A DNA stretch of 41,138 bases from NCBI GenBank assembly GCA_022561095.1, contig JADFRV010000002.1, positions 1 through 41,138 of the forward strand, written 5' to 3'. Below the pieces are notes generated by a model. That model made no database searches and was not told where the DNA came from. It saw only the letters and a program-made list of their open reading frames with translations. A program made the translations under genes and the position numbers. Source of the DNA: Chloroflexota bacterium. Lineage in GTDB: Bacteria > Chloroflexota > Dehalococcoidia > SM23-28-2 > RBG-16-64-32. This document shows, one piece after another, positions 36,216 through 41,138 of this stretch; the first letter of the stretch is position 1, and every line of letters starts with the position of its first letter.

Positions 36216-36569
36216 ATGGCGCTGAGTGCTCCGGTAAAGGTCCTGCTGATCGTTGCTTACACCGCGGCTGTCGCCGCTGGGGCGTTTGGTATCGGCTATG
36301 CCGTTTTCGATTCGGGAGACGAGGACGGAGATGTTGCCCAGGGGATCCAGGATGGGCGCATCGATGAGCTGGCGGACAGCCTGTTGGACCGCATCGACCG
36401 ATGCCCCGATGAGCTATCGCGACTGACGAGACTTGTCGGCCAGGCGCTGATCGGCCACATATCCGGTAGTGACCTCGAGCGAGAGCTCCGTGTGCTCGCT
36501 GGTCAGTACCTGGCCTGCGCCGCGACAGCTCGAGCGGCAGACGGGCCGAGCGGATCAGAGGAGCCTTGA
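36216..36569 (+). CDS. hypothetical N-terminally anchored protein
   Basis: The ATG at 36216 has GGGAGG 7 nt upstream. One TM helix (VKVLLIVAYTAAVAAGAFGIGYAVF) is followed by an acidic soluble region. I recognise no family. Confidence 0.45.
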   Translation: MALSAPVKVLLIVAYTAAVAAGAFGIGYAVFDSGDEDGDVAQGIQDGRIDELADSLLDRIDRCPDELSRLTRLVGQALIGHISGSDLERELRVLAGQYLACAATARAADGPSGSEEP

Positions 36570-36600
36570 CGCAAACGAACGCCTATGCAGCCGTAACCGA

Positions 36601-38577
36601 ATGACTCTTCTTCGCCTCACCCTGTACGTCTGCGCCTTTGGAGCGTTGCTACTCCTCGCTGTTTCGGACGATGGTGCTGTGAGCGCGGAATCTGGGCGCG
36701 CGGACCACGCGCCAGGCGTTCCAGGGCTTGGAGAGCTCCGACAGCAAACAGACGAAGAGCAGCTCGTCGCCAAGTACGCTCCCATCGTCTATCTCGGACG
36801 GCAAGACGAGGAGTGCGATAGTGATGGCGATCCGTTCGACCCGGCGCCGGTCGAGATCGTCCTAGACAACCCAGAGGTGACGCTCAGGGAGGACGCCCCA
36901 GGCAGGCCGGTCGTGATGGAGGGGCCTGGTGCGCAAGACGTCTTCGACAAAGACATCGGCTTCTTTCTTGACTTCCCGGGCAACCCGAGGCGGCCGGGCT
37001 GCACGTACGACCGGGACTACCAGGAGCTGAAGGCCAGCAATCCACCTGTGGCCTACGCTCATATCCAGACGGAACCAGGTTTCGATGGGCTCGCCCTGCA
37101 GTACTGGTTCTTCTACTACTTCAACGACTGGAACAACACTCACGAGGGCGACTGGGAGATGATCCAGCTCGCCTTCGACGCCGACTCAGCGAGCGAGGCC
37201 CTCCAGCAAGACCCAGTGAGGGTGGCGTACTCTCAGCATGAGGGGGGCGAAATCGCCGACTGGGATGAAGGGAAGGTGAAGACGGAGGAGGGTCGGCCGG
37301 CCGTCTATGTCGCCAGGGGGTCGCACGCCAACTATTTCCAGCCGGGGACTTACATAGGAGTGGCCCGTGAAGGCGCCGGATTCGGATGCGAGGACTCATC
37401 GGATCCGCTGAGGCGAGTGGCGCTCGAGGCACAGCTGGTGCCTCCCGAGGTGACCGATGCGGACAGCCCCTTCGCTTGGATCGAATTCGAGGGCCGCTGG
37501 GGCGAGTTGCAGGGCAAGCACTTTGACGGCCCCACGGGGCCAGCGCAAAAGGAGAAATGGGAGAAGCCGTTCACCTGGGAACAGGATCTGCGCAGTTACA
37601 GCGAGAAGATCCCCGAAGGCGAGGCTCTCGGCATCGATCCCTTGGGGCCGATCTGTGCGATCATCGGCTTCGGCTCGTCTCTGATGAACGCGATTGTGCA
37701 GTGGCCGGCGCCGGTTGGCGCGGCGATGGGGGTCTTCTTCCTGGCCACTGTTGGATTCTTGGTCGTAGGTGTACCCAGGCGGGTATTCGGTGGCGCGCCC
37801 GTGGAGGCAGAGGCGCCGCCGAGGAAGGGGTTGCTCCAGCGACGGCGCGCGTTGGGCCAGATTGGGAGAGACGCGGCCATCATGTATGTGAAGAACCTGC
37901 GAGTGTTCGTGCCCATCGGGGTAGTCTTCATCCCGCTGGGCATCGCCGCCACCGCCGTTCAGGCACTACTTCGCCTCGATGACCATATACCCAGCCAAGG
38001 GGCCGCGTCGCTGCTGGTGTTCTCCTTGGGAGGCGCGCAGGCGCTAGTCAGCGCCATCATCTTGGGCGGCGCGATCTTCGCTGCGCTTCGGGAGATCGAT
38101 GGCGGCCGGAGGGCCAGCTTCAGGGACGCTTACCGTGTCGTCTTGCTCCGGTTGTGGACGCTGCTGGGTGCGAACCTCCGCTCCTTGTTCCACATTGTCG
38201 TCCTCGCCTTCACCATCATTGGGACGCCTTGGGCGGTCCACCGGGCCATCGCCTGGGGCTTCGTTGGACAAGCCGTCGTGCTTGATGACAGGGGCGCGAA
38301 GGAGTCGTTGAGCGCCAGCGCTGAGGCCGTCAGGGGCAACTGGTGGCGTACCTTCGCCATATTGACCGCCATCGTAATCATGGTCGTACTGCCTGGCCCG
38401 ATCATAGCCATGGCTCTTCTTCTGTTCGCTTCGCCGCCCGTTACCGATATGGTCTACACGGTGAATGCGGCTTTGTACTCGTTGATGCTTCTCCCGTTCG
38501 CCTTCACGGCCTCGACGTTGCTGTACTCCGATTTGAAGGCGCGGAAGAACCCCGATGTGCCGCCTAGAAACGCCTGA
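36601..38577 (+). CDS. Vps62/DUF946-like extracytoplasmic domain fused to a C-terminal polytopic membrane domain
   Basis: It starts at the ATG at 36601 (MTLLRLTLYVCAFGALLLLAV, a signal or anchor sequence). The core YWFFYYFNDWNNTHEGDWEMIQLAF...YSQHEGGE...GRPAVYVARGSHANYFQPG parallels the plant/fungal Vps62/DUF946 signature (H-x-GDWEH, SQHSGG, HGHA). The last ~280 aa form 6 or more TM helices. Confidence 0.7.
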   Translation: MTLLRLTLYVCAFGALLLLAVSDDGAVSAESGRADHAPGVPGLGELRQQTDEEQLVAKYAPIVYLGRQDEECDSDGDPFDPAPVEIVLDNPEVTLREDAPGRPVVMEGPGAQDVFDKDIGFFLDFPGNPRRPGCTYDRDYQELKASNPPVAYAHIQTEPGFDGLALQYWFFYYFNDWNNTHEGDWEMIQLAFDADSASEALQQDPVRVAYSQHEGGEIADWDEGKVKTEEGRPAVYVARGSHANYFQPGTYIGVAREGAGFGCEDSSDPLRRVALEAQLVPPEVTDADSPFAWIEFEGRWGELQGKHFDGPTGPAQKEKWEKPFTWEQDLRSYSEKIPEGEALGIDPLGPICAIIGFGSSLMNAIVQWPAPVGAAMGVFFLATVGFLVVGVPRRVFGGAPVEAEAPPRKGLLQRRRALGQIGRDAAIMYVKNLRVFVPIGVVFIPLGIAATAVQALLRLDDHIPSQGAASLLVFSLGGAQALVSAIILGGAIFAALREIDGGRRASFRDAYRVVLLRLWTLLGANLRSLFHIVVLAFTIIGTPWAVHRAIAWGFVGQAVVLDDRGAKESLSASAEAVRGNWWRTFAILTAIVIMVVLPGPIIAMALLLFASPPVTDMVYTVNAALYSLMLLPFAFTASTLLYSDLKARKNPDVPPRNA

Positions 38578-38619
38578 CACGGGGCCACCGAGCTCTCTCG
38601 TTTCTTACCCGACTCCGCT

Positions 38620-39768
38620 ATGGACGGAACGGTTGTGAGGAGGTTGTGGCTGCTCGCGACGCGGGCGTACAAGGGGTTCGGCGCGCATAACAGTACCCAG
38701 ATGGCGGCGGCCATCTCCTACTACTTTCTGTTCGCCCTCGTCCCCCTGGCGATGTTCCTCGTTTCCATCTTCGGTCTGGTGGCCGGGAGCGACGACTCCC
38801 ATCAGTCCCTGGCGGACGAGGTGACGGACTATCTCGAGGTCGGAGCGGGCGAACCCGTCCTCGAGCTGAGCGAGGACGCCTTCGTCAGGATTGAGGAGCA
38901 GTACGGCCGAGCCGGGCTGGCAGAGATCGAGAAGGAGCTAGCGGATCTGAACGAGTCTGGGGACAGCGGCGAGGAGAGGCGGCGGATGGCCGACACCCTC
39001 GATGCCGGCGGTACAGTCACCGTGGCGAACCGTCAACTCCAACCGGAAGACTTGTCCGCGGGCCAGGACAACCTCATCACTGATACGTTGGACAACGTGT
39101 CGCAGGCGAGCGTGCCTCTAGGTGTCATCGGGCTGGTTATGGTGGCCTACAGCGCCTCCGTCCTCTTCGGGGCCGTACGCCGATCGCTGAACTTCGTCTG
39201 GGGGGTCGACGCGCAGCGGCCGCTTGTGCAGCAGAAGCTGATCGACTTGGCGATGTTGCTGGGACTGGCGCTGCTGTTGCTCGCCTCTGTTGCCGCTACG
39301 GCGGCCCTGCAGACGGTGCGCGAGATGAACAGCGGCCCCATTTCGTCAAGCGGGGGTATCTTCTGGTCGCTGCTGCCCTTCGCCGCCCCCTGGGCCGTTA
39401 CGTTTCTTTTGTATCTGTTCACGTTCCGATTTGTACCCAACGCCCGAAATAGATTTCGAGACGTATGGTTGGGAGCGGCGCTGGCGGCAACGGCGTTCGA
39501 GGTGCTGAAGTACGGCTACGCCATCTATGTTGCGAACTTCGGCCACTACGACGTGGTCTACGGCGCCCTCGGTGGCATCCTACTCTTCATGTTCTTCACC
39601 TACCTAGTCGCCTATACGTTCCTGCTGGGGGCTGAGGTGGCGTTCGAGTATCCCCGGGTGCTGCGCGGCGGCTTCGACGAGGACGAAGGCCAGCCCGAGG
39701 ACGGTCGCAGCCTTGCAGAGAGGATTCTCAGCGGGGTACGCGGGCTGTTCCTGGCCAAACGCGACTAG
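38620..39768 (+). CDS. YihY/BrkB-family membrane protein with enlarged acidic first loop
   Basis: 382 aa. AAAISYYFLFALVPLAMFLVSIFG, ...GALGGILLFMFFTYLVAYTFLLGAEVAFEY are hallmark YihY segments. About 107 aa lie between TM1 and TM2. Confidence 0.85.
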   Translation: MDGTVVRRLWLLATRAYKGFGAHNSTQMAAAISYYFLFALVPLAMFLVSIFGLVAGSDDSHQSLADEVTDYLEVGAGEPVLELSEDAFVRIEEQYGRAGLAEIEKELADLNESGDSGEERRRMADTLDAGGTVTVANRQLQPEDLSAGQDNLITDTLDNVSQASVPLGVIGLVMVAYSASVLFGAVRRSLNFVWGVDAQRPLVQQKLIDLAMLLGLALLLLASVAATAALQTVREMNSGPISSSGGIFWSLLPFAAPWAVTFLLYLFTFRFVPNARNRFRDVWLGAALAATAFEVLKYGYAIYVANFGHYDVVYGALGGILLFMFFTYLVAYTFLLGAEVAFEYPRVLRGGFDEDEGQPEDGRSLAERILSGVRGLFLAKRD

Positions 39769-39865
39769 GCCGCCTAGATCATTTGCCGCTGAGCCGCCGT
39801 CCCGCAGCGGCTCACCAACACGTTGTGCCCTGAGCGTTTGTGCTGCTGACCCAGTTCGTGAGAAG

Positions 39866-39897
39866 TAACGAGAAATCATTACGAATGTACCTAGTCT
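39866..39897 (+). promoter_or_regulatory. stress-cluster promoter-like module, copy B: TAACGAGAA-N17-TAGTCT
   Basis: Sequence gTAACGAGAAatcattacgaatgtaccTAGTCTctgcactgcg. It lies 85 nt upstream of the YtxH-like start. 27 of 33 nt are identical to copy A over the core. Confidence 0.5.
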
Positions 39898-39982
39898 CTG
39901 CACTGCGTGGGTCTGTTGCGGCCTGAGATACTCGACCTGGCTACCGCCGCAAACCGATCGGAGTGCAGCTAGGAGGCAGAAT

Positions 39983-40144
39983 ATGCGGTTCGTTATTGGT
40001 CTGATGCTTGGCATGGCGTTGGGCACAAGTCTTGGCTTGCTGGCCGCCCCGCAGCGCGGCAGCGAGACCATTCGGGTCATACGCGAGCGGCTTCAACAGC
40101 GAGGCGAAACGGACCCTGACGAGGACGACTTGGCGGGCGTCTAA
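39983..40144 (+). CDS. YtxH-like small protein (53 aa; not in the supplied ORF track)
   Basis: The ATG has AGGAGG 6 nt upstream. MRFVIGLMLGMALGTSLGLLAAPQRGSETIRVIRERL... resembles the YtxH N-terminal helix plus the 'AP.SG.ETR' motif. Confidence 0.55.
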   Translation: MRFVIGLMLGMALGTSLGLLAAPQRGSETIRVIRERLQQRGETDPDEDDLAGV

Positions 40145-40173
40145 CGCTCGCTCGCTGGTAGGTGCGGTACCTG

Positions 40174-40332
40174 CTACAGCAGCCACAACACGAAGAGGAC
40201 AACGAAAGCCAAAAAGAAGAGGGAGAACGCCCGCCTCGCGAGCACAGCCAGGGCGGCCGCCGCAAAGAAGAAGCCGAACGCCCCGGAGGCGGCGGCCAGG
40301 ACCCCAAAGACGAACAAGAGGATCAGTATCAT
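40174..40332 (-). CDS. tiny hydrophobic protein (52 aa, 2 TM)
   Basis: MILILLFVFGVLAAASGAFGFFFAAAALAVLARRAFSLFFLAFVVLFVLWLL. The SD is weak or distant. Confidence 0.3.
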   Translation of the reverse strand: MILILLFVFGVLAAASGAFGFFFAAAALAVLARRAFSLFFLAFVVLFVLWLL

Positions 40333-40356
40333 GGCGGCGGGTATCGTCCCTCCGAG

Positions 40357-40569
40357 CTATCCGTCTGTTCGTCCTCTCGCTTGGCCCACGACCCTGTCGA
40401 GGACCAGATAGCAGGCGACTGTGACCGGGGTCCAGACGGTCGTGGCGGCAGCCCCGAAGACGGCGACCGCCGTATCACGTTCTTCCCGGCCAATCGCGAT
40501 CACGAATAGACAGCTCGCGATAATGATGAGGGTTAGGAACCCGACTACGATCCGCTCTCCCGATGTCAT
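40357..40569 (-). CDS. small hydrophobic protein (70 aa, 2 TM)
   Basis: This is a listed ORF. Its ATG overlaps the stop of the upstream tiny ORF (TGATG). Confidence 0.4.
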   Translation of the reverse strand: MTSGERIVVGFLTLIIIASCLFVIAIGREERDTAVAVFGAAATTVWTPVTVACYLVLDRVVGQARGRTDG

Positions 40570-40724
40570 CAGACCTGCAACAATACGACGACGATAAAGG
40601 CGGCCAGCAGGATGAGGAACAGCACCCTGGCGATGCGGCCGGTAACGGTGGCGAAAGCGGTAAAACCGTACGCCGCGGCGATCGCTGACATCACTCCAAA
40701 GAAGATGGCCAGCACTAGGAGCAC
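40569..40724 (-). CDS. tiny hydrophobic protein (51 aa, 2 TM)
   Basis: The GTG at 40724 has GGTAGGAG 8 nt upstream. The sequence is VLLVLAIFFGVMSAIAAAYGFTAFATVTGRIARVLFLILLAAFIVVVLLQV. Confidence 0.35.
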   Translation of the reverse strand: MLLVLAIFFGVMSAIAAAYGFTAFATVTGRIARVLFLILLAAFIVVVLLQV

Positions 40725-40873
40725 GCCAGTTCTCCTACCGTACTAACCTGCGCCCTGTCCTCACGATTCATCATCGTGGTGCATACGAGAGTTAATCTAG
40801 ATGGAGTTTGCCGCGACCCCACGTCGCGCTTGCCTTGAGGCGCCATGGCAACTACCCCAGTCTCCCTCTTCAT

Positions 40874-40910
40874 CTGCTGTCGCCGTCGCGGGCAGCGACG
40901 GCGACAGCAG
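40874..40910 (-). terminator. 16-bp perfect hairpin (ctgctgtcgccgtcgc-gggca-gcgacggcgacagcag)
   Basis: It lies 16 nt downstream of the stop of the partial minus-strand CDS. No U-tract is present. Confidence 0.45.
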
Positions 40911-40925
40911 CAGAGGATAAAGGCA

Positions 40926-41138
40926 CTAGGAGCAGTCCAAGCCCGAGAACGCCGTATCGTATGCGGCGTCGACGGCGGCCAGTTGAGGCGCGATAGAGGC
41001 GAGGCCCTCTACAATGGTGGCGTCGCCCGGGATGTCGTTGATCGCCTGAGCCAGGTCGTCGTAGGCATCATCGATGGGCTGCGTCCTCACGTCCACAACA
41101 TCCCGCGCCGAAGCGTCAACGTCATCGAGAGCATCGCT
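40926..41138 (-). CDS. hypothetical protein, C-terminal 70 aa (5' end outside window)
   Basis: The minus frame is open from the window edge to the TAG at 40926-40928 (SDALDDVDASARDVVDVRTQPIDDAYDDLAQAINDIPGDATIVEGLASIAPQLAAVDAAYDTAFSGLDCS). Its composition is acidic and helical. Confidence 0.5.
   Translation of the reverse strand, partial: SDALDDVDASARDVVDVRTQPIDDAYDDLAQAINDIPGDATIVEGLASIAPQLAAVDAAYDTAFSGLDCS

Noticed and set aside
36469-36600. Upstream 44 codons of the 702-aa ORF
   Set aside because: This part overlaps the preceding gene (36216-36569). The ATG at 36601 gives a typical signal or anchor sequence, MTLLRLTLYVCAFGALLLLAV.
40853-40872. ctaccccagtctccctc, which resembles TACCTAGTCTCTGCC of the module
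   Set aside because: The upstream box and the 17-nt spacer architecture are absent. The orientation points into a hairpin terminator, not toward a gene.

Overview
This is a high-GC bacterial chromosomal window, densely coding on both strands, with GGAGG Shine-Dalgarno sites and several apparently leaderless genes. The gene content (auracyanin-like cupredoxin, F420/LLM oxidoreductase, NDH-2) suggests Chloroflexota or Actinomycetota, but that is inference only.

Positions 1-24.7 kb are ordinary metabolic and regulatory genes:
- Regulators and repair: a DtxR-family repressor tail and DinB.
- Enzymes: PhzF, VOC proteins, crotonase, LOG, SDR, Gfo/Idh/MocA, M20 amidohydrolase, Zn-ADH, geranylgeranyl-reductase-like flavoprotein and LLM oxidoreductase.
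- c-di-GMP turnover: one GGDEF and two HD-GYP genes.
- Fusions and cell-wall genes: a GNAT-threonine dehydratase fusion and a LysM muramidase-like protein.

A tRNA-Gly(CCC) sits at 24779-24853. Downstream of it are a translationally coupled 2x(ABC ATPase + ABC-2 permease) operon, a lipoprotein cupredoxin and a DUF1254/DUF1214 protein.

Positions 30.9-40.7 kb form a cluster of small stress-type or membrane proteins. It holds two DUF1269 paralogs, a DUF7144/HdeD-like protein, SHOCT, YtxH-like and tiny hydrophobic ORFs. It also holds NDH-2, a Vps62/DUF946-like membrane fusion protein and YihY/BrkB.

Main findings:
1. Six copies of a 32-nt promoter-like module (TAMYKAGMA-N17-TAGYCT, followed by GCCATG) lie within 8.4 kb. 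Each is oriented toward, and 70-150 nt upstream of, one of the small stress/membrane genes. It differs from the sigma-70-like promoters visible elsewhere, so it is a candidate dedicated regulon with no regulator gene in the window.
2. The tRNA-Gly 3' end plus its terminator is imperfectly duplicated 10.7 kb downstream, which may mark island boundaries. The tRNA promoter block is duplicated 1.2 kb upstream, bracketing the LLM gene.

No CRISPR array, integrase, transposase or rRNA was seen.
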